Shown one piece after another: positions 20,101 to 29,182 of a stretch of DNA of 64,000 bases (the first letter of the stretch is position 1; each line of letters begins with the position of its first letter). The stretch is from positions 64,001 to 128,000 of the forward strand of contig JAYTHY010000112.1 of NCBI GenBank assembly GCA_043732185.1. Direction: 5' to 3'. Position numbers and translations under genes: made by a program. The DNA is from Fibrobacteria bacterium. GTDB taxonomy: Bacteria; Fibrobacterota; Fibrobacteria; UBA11236. The notes beneath the pieces were generated by a model. The model was not told where the DNA came from and searched no databases. It saw only the letters and a program-made list of their open reading frames with translations.

Positions 20101-20380
20101 TCCAGTCATTTCCGCTAAATCAAAATTGAATTCTACTTCGGATTTATTCAGTACCTATAAGCATGGCATGCTTCAAATTGGTTTCGGACGGCTGGCCGGT
20201 CAAAGTTTGGATATTCGCCTCGTCAATTTGCAGGGTCAAACCGTTGTTCGTCAGCGAATTGAATCGGCTCCAACGGGTCGACTCGATATCGCTGTGCCGA
20301 AACTGAATCATGGCATATATGTATTGAAAGTGCTCGGCCATGGTCGGACAGAATACATGAAAAAGCTTACGGCTTTTTAG
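17111..20380 (+). CDS. DUF2341 + LamG + Ig-like domains + SASA (sialate O-acetylesterase/CE6-like SGNH) + T9SS-like CTD
   Basis: NFPLLIRL...GEDIRF...YQIENWD...IWVKIP (DUF2341); MDEVRIS..ARSAAW (LamG); GQSNA, FWHQGEAD, TCH (SASA); tail LVNLQGQ...GIYVLKV. Confidence 0.82.
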   Translation: MGIGYHGLLKKFSFFLAISVLFSLSQAQYPTWLHSDSVFINTTPDGGNIPSTATETNFPLLIRLHKDFFNFAEAQANGEDIRFATKAGAPLSYQIENWDGAAGSASIWVKIPTVTGNSRQGIMVFWGNSTAASESNGGAVFNSSNGYLSVFHMNDPTKDEVGTLSATNVGTTAAAGLIGNGRRFAAGQGIRGGTNITTYPTGSSPHSTEAWFKAVSANSVIQAWGIDGPASKVVMKLVSPPHVSLDSWFANGNVNGTSDIPLAQWVHVVYVYESGNARFYVNGVQDGVNTATGGALTIPSPCRMYIGGWYDNYSFVGDMDEVRISKVARSAAWAKMEYENQKPLQSMAGMLVPAGTAFSVPQPAVSVLEGQTAVLTGTAGGAQKIYWILKEGTKETVLAVDRLNLSYLAERVTADKAVIIQFKAIYPTEVKTQDITLTIKEDMPDPLFTLTGPATWNGRDAISLTPVITNQTDMTAKGVGALTYTWSIANIAAIKEITPGKLTLKGAQKSGKMTITLSIGNGGAATTHTVDILVTEPTTDPWLVRTPAADEKAVNSQFYARDPNNVCTVIYNGTSTTAADSVYVKMYAGTTLQNRLAQALPTARTYQFSPTITSGLVEYKLEFGTKTGGTETLVSTVNNLQCGDAYIIEGQSNAVGTTFGTDLDPTTSEWVRTFGNSGGNPPGTSWGQAVHSGPGGAFTVGYWGLELPRKLVATYNVPICILNGAVGGTRVDTHLRNEADPTDTTTYYGALLTRVQRAKLTHGIRGIFWHQGEADQGSDGPTGRWGWEDYQHFFIDMSASWKQDYPNIRHYYIFQIWPNGCAQAGAGGQDNMLREMQRTLPYNYSNMGIMTTIGVRPGVTCHVDAPGYLEFARLMSPLVERDNYGKVYTTSITPPDVKKAYFTSSAKTAITVEFDQPVTWVSTLSTQFYLDGVSGKVSTGATSGNDLTLTLNAPSTASKIMYLDSRSWSESNILYGANNIAALTFANVPIYPDKNTIPVISAKSKLNSTSDLFSTYKHGMLQIGFGRLAGQSLDIRLVNLQGQTVVRQRIESAPTGRLDIAVPKLNHGIYVLKVLGHGRTEYMKKLTAF

Positions 20381-20441
20381 GTCCTGCTACTGAAAATTTA
20401 TTTTAGGAAAACCGGTTATTTTTTTTTTGGAGAACTATAAA

Positions 20442-22592
20442 ATGTTAAGAATCGTATTAATTCTCACTGGCTTATCACTTGCCATCAATGACCTATCCGC
20501 GTGGACCATGAAAAAGGCTCCGCTCGTGACCCGATGGTCTGCCACTTTCGATACCGCCAAGGTGTGGCCCATCTATCCTCGTCCCCAGATGAAAAGACCC
20601 GAAAACACTTGGAAAAGCCTTAACGGCATCTGGCAGTTTCAAAAATCCACGGGAGCTACGGAAACACCGCCGACGGGAAACCTTACCGGGGATATTTGCG
20701 TTCCTTTTCCCATCGAATCCGCGATATCCGGTATCATGGAGAATAAGGTGTTCTATTCCTGGTACCGTAAACCAATATCGATTCCAGTGGCTTGGAGGGA
20801 TACCAGCAAATACCATGTGCTTATCCATTTTGAAGGCGTGGATTGGCAAACCGAGTTCTATGTGAATGGAACCAAGTTGGCTACGCATAAAGGCGGCTAC
20901 GATCGCTTTTCCTATGATATCACCAAGAACCTGATCCTGACAGGCAATGCCGATCAAACTCTGCTTCTCCATATTTATGACCCTAGTGAAACTTCCAGTG
21001 ATGTTTTTCCCGGTGGCAAGCAACGCACCGACGCGCTCTTCCGGATTTTTTACACCTGCACCACCGGTATCTGGAGAAGTGTGTGGCTTGAAGCCGTGCC
21101 GGCCAAGGCGTCCATCAACAGGCTAAAAATAACCCCGGACATCGACAATAAACAAGTGCTGGTCACGGCATCGATCACTGGCTCGACCATGGGGCTTAAG
21201 CTAATTGGCGTTGCCAAAAACGGCACGCGTCAAATGTTCGGCATCGATACCGCCAATGCCACCGACACCCTAAAAATTCCGCTGTCCGCTCTCAACCTTT
21301 GGTGGCCGGATCGCCCTTACCTTTACAAGCTCGCAGTCTATATTCTGAACGGCACAACCATTGTGGATTCAGTGGATAGCTATTTCGGAATGCGTAAAGT
21401 GGAAGCCACGGCTTTCAATGGAAACAAACGGCTTACCATCAACGGCCAACCGATCTTTCTTTTTGGTACATTGGATCAAGGTTTCTGGCCGGACGGCATC
21501 TATCTTCCACCTTCCGAGGAAGGTCTAAAATACGACTTGGTCATGCATAAGAATTATGGCATGAACGGAATACGCAAGCATGTTAAAGTAGAGCCGGAAC
21601 TCTGGTACTATTACTGTGATAGCCTGGGCTTGATGGTAGAACAGGACATGCCGATGATGCCGGGAGGCAGCCCAAACGTGGCAGCCAAGGCCAATTTCGA
21701 TCGCGACTTCGACTCCTTGCTGGTGCAGCATTATAATCATCCCAGTATCGTCATGTGGATTTGTTACAATGAAGGTTCGGGTCAAGGGGATTCGACTATG
21801 ACCACGGCTGTTACCAAGCACGTCAAGGCCATGGACCCAAGTCGCCTGGTGGTCAGCGCCAGTGGATGGAATTTTTTTCCAGTCGGAGATGTAAATGATT
21901 TCCACCATTATGCTCTGGATCCCACCGTCAACAGCATCTACCGTAGGGCTTATATCAACCAGCTTGGTGAATATGGCGGCATGCGGTTGAATAACGCCCA
22001 ACTGGATGTTCATGAATGGAAAGACACGGCCTCTTGGGGTTATAATGAAAAAACCAACATACTTGCTTATGAAACCGGATGGAACACCTACTGCCAAGCC
22101 ATCGCAAAAGCCAAAACCGACAGCGGTCTTGCGGGCGCAATTTACACTCAGCTTTCTGATGTGGAAACCGAATGCAATGGACTGATGACCTATGATCGGG
22201 AAGTATCTAAAGGCCGGGCAACAGAAATAGCCAAAGGCTCGGCCCTGCTTGTCGATCATCCAGTCGCAGCTGCTCTGGTGGACGCGACGCTGCCTGTCCC
22301 TGATTGGAACTCAGTTGGAGTTAAGCCCATATTACTGAAGAGCGGAACTTCGCTTTCCATCAGTCGAATTTCGGCATCCGGAAACGGAATTACCATTCAG
22401 TTCAAGGGACTGGATGAAAAGGGAAACGCTACTCTCAAAGTTGTAAATGCCAAAGGAAGTACCGTATTCTCAACCGTTGTGGGTGTTAGGAAATCACTTG
22501 AGGTGCCTGGCAGTGCTATGGCCAAAGGTGTTTACCTCTTTGAACTGGAATACGGCAAGTTCCACCAGTCGCTGCGCTTTGTTGTCAAATAG
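20442..22592 (+). CDS. Glycoside hydrolase family 2 with T9SS-like CTD
   Basis: ATG 20442 after GGAG; YPRPQM, LNGIWQF, VPFPIES, HKGGY, LDQGFWPDG, RKHVKVEP, YNEG (acid/base), GEYGG (nucleophile); tail GVYLFEL. Confidence 0.88.
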   Translation: MLRIVLILTGLSLAINDLSAWTMKKAPLVTRWSATFDTAKVWPIYPRPQMKRPENTWKSLNGIWQFQKSTGATETPPTGNLTGDICVPFPIESAISGIMENKVFYSWYRKPISIPVAWRDTSKYHVLIHFEGVDWQTEFYVNGTKLATHKGGYDRFSYDITKNLILTGNADQTLLLHIYDPSETSSDVFPGGKQRTDALFRIFYTCTTGIWRSVWLEAVPAKASINRLKITPDIDNKQVLVTASITGSTMGLKLIGVAKNGTRQMFGIDTANATDTLKIPLSALNLWWPDRPYLYKLAVYILNGTTIVDSVDSYFGMRKVEATAFNGNKRLTINGQPIFLFGTLDQGFWPDGIYLPPSEEGLKYDLVMHKNYGMNGIRKHVKVEPELWYYYCDSLGLMVEQDMPMMPGGSPNVAAKANFDRDFDSLLVQHYNHPSIVMWICYNEGSGQGDSTMTTAVTKHVKAMDPSRLVVSASGWNFFPVGDVNDFHHYALDPTVNSIYRRAYINQLGEYGGMRLNNAQLDVHEWKDTASWGYNEKTNILAYETGWNTYCQAIAKAKTDSGLAGAIYTQLSDVETECNGLMTYDREVSKGRATEIAKGSALLVDHPVAAALVDATLPVPDWNSVGVKPILLKSGTSLSISRISASGNGITIQFKGLDEKGNATLKVVNAKGSTVFSTVVGVRKSLEVPGSAMAKGVYLFELEYGKFHQSLRFVVK

Positions 22593-22880
22593 GCAAATCC
22601 ACATTGGACCCTACCGAATAGCGGAATGAGGATAACACACCCTTTTGGGCCGGAATTCACATAAAAACAGACCCATTTCACCTAGAATTGCCTTGTCGAG
22701 ATGGGTACATTCTATATAGCGCGCATTAGGATTTATTACTTGAGTTACATGCCTAGGTTTAAGAGCGGGTACGATGCTATGAATGCATTTCAGTTCTTGG
22801 CCCAGGTTTGTTTCAATGCTAAAATCCTGTGAACAAAGTTTTGGAAGTCTTTTTTAACACAATATAAGGGGAAAGTCGAT

Positions 22881-24683
22881 ATGGTTTTTAAAAATTGGAG
22901 AAAATTGGCAGTTCTAACCCTGGCTAGCTCTGCTGTTATTGGCACGGGCACCGCTTTGGCGGCTGAGGATTATTCGACTTGGACCTATAATTCGGATATT
23001 ACCTTGAACACTTCTTCAACCGGCGCAGCAGTCACCGGAACGGTACTGAACTTTCCAGTACTGGTAAAACTTTCTTATCGAAATTTCCTTTTCAATGAAG
23101 CCAAGGGCAATGGTTCGGATATTCGTTTCGCGAAAACTTCTGGGTTGCCCATTACCTACCATATTGAGAGTTGGGATTCCGTTCGGAATGAAGCCAGTGT
23201 TTGGGTTAAAATGGATACTGTGTATGGAAATACCGCTGGGCAGGTTATTAAGATGTACTGGGGTAAAGCTGGTGCAATGGATAGTTCAAAAGCTTCGGCT
23301 GTGTTTGATACAGCCAATGGGTTTGCAAGTGTTTACCATATGACTGAAGATCCTTCCACGGGCAAAGTGATGGACCAGACCCAAAATGCAATCAATGGCA
23401 CGCCCAGCAATCTGAGCGCAGCTAGCCTTGTCCAAGGAAATATCGGAAAAGGACTTGAATTTGATGGGTCTACGTCAACGGTTAATCTTGGAAACAGCCC
23501 AAAGCTTAATTTTTCAACCGCGTTCTCATTTTCCGGTTGGATCAATATGTCAAGTTATAACAGTGGTGATGAAAGTGGCTTGATGCAAAAGGCGGGTTCC
23601 TTACGGTATTTTGTCCGTGGGGAAAATGATGGAGCGCACATGCATAAGCAAGGGATTTACTTTGGCGCAACTATGGGAACCGCCAAGTTTTCCGAAACCG
23701 TAATGCCCTTGTCCCAATGGCAATACTTTACTTTTACCACGGATGGAACGAATTACAGTTTTTATACCAATGGCGTTCTCGATGGCACTGGTGCTTTGGG
23801 TGAAGCAATTCTCAACAGTACAGAAAACGTGGTAATCAGTCAGGCATGGGACAGGAAACAGGGTGGTGTGTATGATGAATTTCGAATTGACAATGTCATG
23901 CGTTCGCCCGACTGGGTCAAGTTGTCCTATGCCAACCAGAAAAACTATCAGTCTTTGGTTACACTTGTGATGACCAGCAGATGCATAGCCAGCTATTCCG
24001 CTCCTGGTGATACTACTGTAAATGAAGGCTCTTCTCTTGTACTGACTACCATTGCCAACTGCGCGAGCAATGTAGTTTGGTCCGTTGCATCAGGTCCGAT
24101 TACTGCGCTTCCGGATTCATTGGATAGGGTTTTAAAACTCAAATTGCCACGGGTCACTGGAGATACCAATCTAGTCTTGCACTTGGCAGTAAACATGCCT
24201 AATGGCCTGCAGCAGAAGGATATTACGGTCCACATCAAGGAGACCACTCCCGATCCTATTTTCACATTTGTCACCGGACTTAAGTGGAATGGCACCGACA
24301 CCATGAGTATTATTCCCACTATCAGCAACCTTGCTGCCATCAAAGCCAGTCCTTCGCCCGATTTGAATTGGGTATGGAGTATTCCGCTTTCCTATGCCGA
24401 TACAATTTCCTTTGACGGCGGCATGTTGCTAAGAAACGGGTACGATGGGGTGCTGGAACTCAATCTCTGTCTGGACAATGGTTCGGTGCCAAACTGCAAA
24501 TCTGTGTCTATCGACGTCGCCATCCCGGTTTCCATTGCTTTAAGGCCGCATCGGTCTTCAAGCCGAAACTTCCAGCCCAGATTCGATATTATGGGTCGCC
24601 GCACAACGGAACTGGAAAAAGTTTCGCGATTAGGCAGACCTTTATTTTTGAAGCCAGAGAATTCTTCTACTCCAAATAAATAA
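22881..24683 (+). CDS. Secreted DUF2341 + LamG + Ig-like protein with no evident catalytic domain and a short basic tail
   Basis: Signal peptide ...ALA; NFPVLVKL, GSDIRF, YHIESWD, VWVKMD; YDEFRID..RSPDW; tail FDIMGRR...RPLFLKP. Confidence 0.8.
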   Translation: MVFKNWRKLAVLTLASSAVIGTGTALAAEDYSTWTYNSDITLNTSSTGAAVTGTVLNFPVLVKLSYRNFLFNEAKGNGSDIRFAKTSGLPITYHIESWDSVRNEASVWVKMDTVYGNTAGQVIKMYWGKAGAMDSSKASAVFDTANGFASVYHMTEDPSTGKVMDQTQNAINGTPSNLSAASLVQGNIGKGLEFDGSTSTVNLGNSPKLNFSTAFSFSGWINMSSYNSGDESGLMQKAGSLRYFVRGENDGAHMHKQGIYFGATMGTAKFSETVMPLSQWQYFTFTTDGTNYSFYTNGVLDGTGALGEAILNSTENVVISQAWDRKQGGVYDEFRIDNVMRSPDWVKLSYANQKNYQSLVTLVMTSRCIASYSAPGDTTVNEGSSLVLTTIANCASNVVWSVASGPITALPDSLDRVLKLKLPRVTGDTNLVLHLAVNMPNGLQQKDITVHIKETTPDPIFTFVTGLKWNGTDTMSIIPTISNLAAIKASPSPDLNWVWSIPLSYADTISFDGGMLLRNGYDGVLELNLCLDNGSVPNCKSVSIDVAIPVSIALRPHRSSSRNFQPRFDIMGRRTTELEKVSRLGRPLFLKPENSSTPNK

Positions 24684-24687
24684 ACCT

Positions 24688-24713
24688 AAAGCTGGCCGAA
24701 AATGTCAGCTTTT
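24688..24713. terminator. Hairpin just after the 22881..24683 stop
   Basis: AAAGCTGGC/GTCAGCTTT stem (one G-U), between convergent genes. Confidence 0.4.
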
Positions 24714-24727
24714 CAGAACGCCAATAG

Positions 24728-24761
24728 AAATGCCTCTGCTTAAATGTGGAGGCATTTTTTT
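24728..24761 (+). terminator. Rho-independent terminator
   Basis: Stem AAATGCCTCTGC / GTGGAGGCATTT with TTAAAT loop followed by a T run, between convergent genes. Confidence 0.75.
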
Positions 24762-24789
24762 ATCTGGGATTACTTTTTTTGATCTCTGA

Positions 24790-26826
24790 TTACCTGATGT
24801 CGTACTTAGTCAATGTCAGCTGGCTATTGACGGTGTACAAAACAAGTTCCGGGGTGGCGCCACCTGTAAACCAGGCTGCCATGCCATTCAATGCAAACAA
24901 ATCATCCCCGCGGCTAAGGCGTGCCCCGCCCATATTTTTGGCCGGTACCAGTACATTTCCGTATTCATCCACGGCTACGGCCCAGGTTTCCAAGTAGGTT
25001 TGAGTATTCCATTTTTCCCACATGACAATAAATACGTTGTTTGCGATGCGAATTAGTTTGGGGCGTTCTGCATGCTCCGTGCTAGGATTGCGGTAATTGC
25101 TGAGCTGGGCAATTCCCGGATTGACGCCAGTATAGTTGTCTCCCCAGTAGTCTTTAATGGCCACACCAGCGTCGATGGTGTTTGGGTTGCCAACTTTAGT
25201 GTCAACGGCTTCTATCTTGTATTTTATGGGCTGAGCAACAGTGCTAAAGTTTTTGTTTACATGTAGCAGGCCAATATTTCTACTCATATTGATGCGGGCA
25301 GAGTCAAATTTGGCTCCCATTTCTGAAGCTAGGGTTACCACATACCCATTTGGGCCTTGTTGAAATCCACCCAACCGGGTAAACGTGTTGTTGTAACCAC
25401 CCCCAGTAGTAGAATCGCCGCCTTTAACATCGAAGACGGGGCGGACTTGTAAATTGGTTGCGTCGACCGCTGTAACCGTTACGGCGCGAATATTGGAATC
25501 CCCAAGTTCATATCCAACAAACCGGGCGCCGTCCCATAAAAGCCTTTCATCAAAAGAATGGCTTTGGCCAAAATAATCGCGGAGAATCACGCCGGTATTA
25601 TCCAAAGCGGTAATGTAATGCGTTAATTGATGTCCGTTAGCGGGCAGGGTTTCATGTGCCAACAAAATGCAGATTTTTCCACCGCCCACTACCACTCTTC
25701 CGTTTCCGGCTTGAAAGGGTCGATAGAGTACTGTCCCTTTAACTGTTTGCAGGCCCGTCATCACATCCTGCATGAAAATGGGTTTGCCGGTTGTGCCGTT
25801 ATACTTGTGCAAGTGCAACATGCCCGCTCGATAACCCTCTCCCATTGCCTGTAGCGTAGAATCCCAGCGGCCAGAAACAAAGTATAGTGATTGATCCGGT
25901 GTGACAAAAAAGCCACCCAACATGGGTAACGTGGAAGGTACAAGGTGCTCAGCGGCAACGTAAGTGCCTTCTTGGTAGAGGACTCGAGTGATGATGATTT
26001 TATCGCCCTTAGAATCCTGCCAAGCTGCATAAATGCTGCCATCCCCTCTGGGGATGCCCACAATATCAGGATTCCTTCCATATAGGGACATATGGCTGTC
26101 TGGACCGTTCTTATCGTCTGCGGCATTATACGGCGTGCCCATCGAAGCGATGTTCCCAGGGATCCACGCACTTTTTTCCAGGCTGAAGTTGAGAACGCCG
26201 GTGGCGGTTTGCACTGCCGATGCCATCTCCGCGTACCTGACAGCCCAGGCTTTGGCCGTGTCGATTGCAGCAGCAGCTATTTTTGGCATTTGAGCCGAAA
26301 CATTTTTTGCAATTAAAACAGAAGTCAAATTTACTGGGCCCGTCGCCGTATTAGAAAGAACCGGCATCTTAATCACACTGGTATATCTGCCTTGTTGTAT
26401 ATTTAGAAAGTACAGACCCTTTGGTAGGCTATTGGAAAGATTATGCAAAGTGTACTGCCCCGGCTTTAAAATACCGTGGTATAGAAGTTTGATCCGTTCC
26501 CCATTTAAATTTTCCAGTTGAACGGAAATCGGGCCAACTGAATTCGCCGTTATTCTCAACTCGCCATTTAGAAATTGAAATAGGAAGCCCGTACCTGAAA
26601 AATTCCCATGGGTCTTTCGAATACCCAGCACCTGAATGCTGTAATGCCCATCCGCTCCAGTAATCGCTTCACCTGGAGAAATGGAAAGTTTCACTCGTGC
26701 GCCGCTGATGGGCGCTTTGGTTATTGCATCTGAAACTATTCCAGAGAGGATTATGGATTGCCCAACTGTCAAGGATGGTGAAAAAAACGGCAGGCTCCAG
26801 AGTAGAATCGTACACCACTGTTTCAT
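24790..26826 (-). CDS. Secreted hypothetical protein: carboxypeptidase-regulatory-like N-terminus with embedded CTD-like domain, then an unknown beta-rich domain
   Basis: LSGIVSDAITKAPISGARV...TGADGHYSI; internal VQLENLNGE...LPKGLYFLNI...VIKM; AKNVSA..KIAAAAIDT; C-terminal domain with SHSFDERL, NTFTRLGG, ERPKLIRI. Confidence 0.7.
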   Translation of the reverse strand: MKQWCTILLWSLPFFSPSLTVGQSIILSGIVSDAITKAPISGARVKLSISPGEAITGADGHYSIQVLGIRKTHGNFSGTGFLFQFLNGELRITANSVGPISVQLENLNGERIKLLYHGILKPGQYTLHNLSNSLPKGLYFLNIQQGRYTSVIKMPVLSNTATGPVNLTSVLIAKNVSAQMPKIAAAAIDTAKAWAVRYAEMASAVQTATGVLNFSLEKSAWIPGNIASMGTPYNAADDKNGPDSHMSLYGRNPDIVGIPRGDGSIYAAWQDSKGDKIIITRVLYQEGTYVAAEHLVPSTLPMLGGFFVTPDQSLYFVSGRWDSTLQAMGEGYRAGMLHLHKYNGTTGKPIFMQDVMTGLQTVKGTVLYRPFQAGNGRVVVGGGKICILLAHETLPANGHQLTHYITALDNTGVILRDYFGQSHSFDERLLWDGARFVGYELGDSNIRAVTVTAVDATNLQVRPVFDVKGGDSTTGGGYNNTFTRLGGFQQGPNGYVVTLASEMGAKFDSARINMSRNIGLLHVNKNFSTVAQPIKYKIEAVDTKVGNPNTIDAGVAIKDYWGDNYTGVNPGIAQLSNYRNPSTEHAERPKLIRIANNVFIVMWEKWNTQTYLETWAVAVDEYGNVLVPAKNMGGARLSRGDDLFALNGMAAWFTGGATPELVLYTVNSQLTLTKYDIR

Positions 26827-26878
26827 TCGATCCCCCTGAGAAAGTTACATACGTTTAAAGTCTAGCATTTCCCAGCAT

Positions 26879-29182
26879 TTAAAGGGATAAATCCACCCAA
26901 AGTCCGAAGGAGCGGGGTTGTCCAAAATGGGTGCTTCCAAAACTGGATTCAAACTTGTACAAGTACGGTGTATCCAAAACATTGAGGATGGCTGCATGCA
27001 TTTCCAGTGCGGGTCCCGGAGTCGATTTTACTTGATAGGTAAGACCCAGATCAAACACGGCATGGGGGGCAACGGATTTGTCCGGAGAGCCTGGTTTTTC
27101 CGGATCTAGAGAAAGCAAATCGATCACATCGTCACCATAGCCACGTCGCTTCAGTTCGGCTCGGGACTGGACCGCATCCAAACCAGAACCATCATTGGCG
27201 ACAAGATCAAAAGGGAGTCCGGAGTCGAATCGACCCCCCCAATTGAACGCAAAACCCATTGGCAGTTGGTAGCGCATGTTTAGCACCCCCGTGGCAATTT
27301 GATTGTGTTCGGTGGGAAAGAAATCCTCGCCGGCAAAAGGATGTCCGTAATTATGGCCTTCCTCGCCGACTAATAATCCAGCAGCAATGGGCGAAGAACC
27401 GTCATCGGGTTTAAGGCCTAAAGAGGCACAGCCACCCAAGGACAGGGTGCCGGAAAGTCTTTGCCATTCCCGTAAACGCAAACGAAGCTGACCTCCCGCT
27501 ACCAGACCTCGTTTGAGGTTGATGGGAAAGATCAGACCTGAATTTCCGAGTTCGGCTTTAACCAGAAAATCACGAATGTATTTCCCGTAGACTCCTCCAT
27601 CGAGAATCCAATACGGCCCCATCGATACATCCGAACCGAGATCAAAAACTATGGCACGCTCCGCGCCCACAGTAGCATGCGTGTTACCTTGTTCGCTTCC
27701 GGACAGCGGCAGTAAAGCGCGCGAGCTGGAAAGGAGAATGTATTCAAGCGGAGCCCGCGAGGTCACCCAATCCAAGGAAGCCCAAAAATTGAGAGTGGGC
27801 GAAACTGTATAACTAGTAGCCAAGCGCGGGGAAACGGCTTGTTCGATTTTGAAAATAGAAAAGGCATCATATCGGAGTCCCAATGCCAGATTCCATGCAC
27901 CTAACGCAAAAGCATCTTCTGCATACGTGGCGGCGGTCCAGCCTGTTCCGACTTCTTGAGTTTCCAAGGAATGGCCGCCATGGGTTAAATCAAATGTCAG
28001 AAGGCGGGGATCCCCATTGGGTCCAGCCAGCGCGGAATCCGTGATGGCAAAGGCGAGTGATTCGGAAAGGGGATTGTATTCTCCCGAGACACCTGCATGG
28101 ATGCGATGTATACGTCCGCCAATGCGCGGGTGGAGAGTAAGTTCCGCAAGGCCGCCATGGTATCCCTCTTGACGGAAGGCCCCGAGAAAATAGCGTTCAT
28201 TTTCGGCTATGGCCTGTAGGGAATCCTGGGTACCGGCCAATCTGGAAAGGCCGCCACTGGTGAGGTTTGCTTTGGTTCCCCGTGCATACAGAGAGAATGC
28301 CAAGGATGTTCCAGCTCCCAAATCGAGATCGGCCCGCGCACCCATCAAGTAGGATCGTAAGGCCTGGCCCTGGTCCTGTCCGGGATTGCGCAACTTAAGA
28401 TTAGGGATTTCAAAATCACTGGCGTCGTAGGCGCCCATGAATCGCAGTTCCAGATGTGTGGTAGCTAGGGCGGTGAGCTTTCCGAACACGTGATTGCTGT
28501 GTCCAGCATCATGTATAGCAGTGAATCCGGAAATGGGATCGAGATAGCGGTTGGTTTGACTGTGCGATGCGTTCAAGACCAAACCGGTTCGTTCGCCCAA
28601 GCGACCACTAGCCATGCCTTCCACATCGCGGGTTCCGAAAGAGCCAGCACCCGCACCGGCACGCAAGGCAAACGGCCTAGTTAGACCATCTTGCATGGTG
28701 ACGTCCACTACGGCAGATCCTCCCACATATTGGGCGGGCAGGCCTCCCATATGGATGTCCACCGATTTGGCCATATCGGTCGAATATAAGCTGGAATAAA
28801 TCCGGGTGGGATTGCCGGGCCAAGGAATGCCATCCACGATATATTGGATTTGAGCATCCTCGCCGCGTGCGTGCATGCGGCCGTCCTCATCAGGAATAAT
28901 GTCCGCGGATTGAAGCAGCATGGCTTCGCCGACTTTTTCTCGGGAGGGACAGAGTAGGTTTGCTATGTCCTTGGCCAAGTATACTCGGTGACCGGAAGAG
29001 TCCGGCGTGCCTTCACTTACACGGACCCGAATGAATCGGCTAGGCAACTCCAAGCTGTCGTCCGGGGCATGGAAAAGTGAATCTTGACTGTGAACGCTGC
29101 CAGACAAAATCAAGACTAGAACTGTCCACAAGAATGGCATCGGTTCAAAATAACCTGATGACACTAATTTGTCAGTCCTCAT
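26879..29182 (-). CDS. TonB-dependent receptor-like outer-membrane protein
   Basis: Plug-like HARGE..IQYIVDGIP and GGLPAQY; barrel motifs LGLRYD, SPRLATSY, ILNVLD..Y, GQPRSF; ATGA overlap with the permease stop. Confidence 0.8.
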   Translation of the reverse strand: MRTDKLVSSGYFEPMPFLWTVLVLILSGSVHSQDSLFHAPDDSLELPSRFIRVRVSEGTPDSSGHRVYLAKDIANLLCPSREKVGEAMLLQSADIIPDEDGRMHARGEDAQIQYIVDGIPWPGNPTRIYSSLYSTDMAKSVDIHMGGLPAQYVGGSAVVDVTMQDGLTRPFALRAGAGAGSFGTRDVEGMASGRLGERTGLVLNASHSQTNRYLDPISGFTAIHDAGHSNHVFGKLTALATTHLELRFMGAYDASDFEIPNLKLRNPGQDQGQALRSYLMGARADLDLGAGTSLAFSLYARGTKANLTSGGLSRLAGTQDSLQAIAENERYFLGAFRQEGYHGGLAELTLHPRIGGRIHRIHAGVSGEYNPLSESLAFAITDSALAGPNGDPRLLTFDLTHGGHSLETQEVGTGWTAATYAEDAFALGAWNLALGLRYDAFSIFKIEQAVSPRLATSYTVSPTLNFWASLDWVTSRAPLEYILLSSSRALLPLSGSEQGNTHATVGAERAIVFDLGSDVSMGPYWILDGGVYGKYIRDFLVKAELGNSGLIFPINLKRGLVAGGQLRLRLREWQRLSGTLSLGGCASLGLKPDDGSSPIAAGLLVGEEGHNYGHPFAGEDFFPTEHNQIATGVLNMRYQLPMGFAFNWGGRFDSGLPFDLVANDGSGLDAVQSRAELKRRGYGDDVIDLLSLDPEKPGSPDKSVAPHAVFDLGLTYQVKSTPGPALEMHAAILNVLDTPYLYKFESSFGSTHFGQPRSFGLWVDLSL

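Noticed and set aside
20419..20428. T10 tract before the GH2 RBS (also A9 at 8273-8281) as phase-variation sites
   Set aside because: Short A/T runs are common in this sequence and the ORFs are intact; needs read-level evidence
21525..22259. Long antisense/shadow ORFs (this 244-aa one, also 11297..11929, 18956..19555, 56056..56682, 57944..58516)
   Set aside because: They overlap well-supported genes and show no recognisable motifs
22593..22880. Longest intergenic gaps (also 33040-33328) as ncRNA or riboswitch
   Set aside because: No recognisable conserved RNA motif by eye; an Rfam cmscan would be decisive
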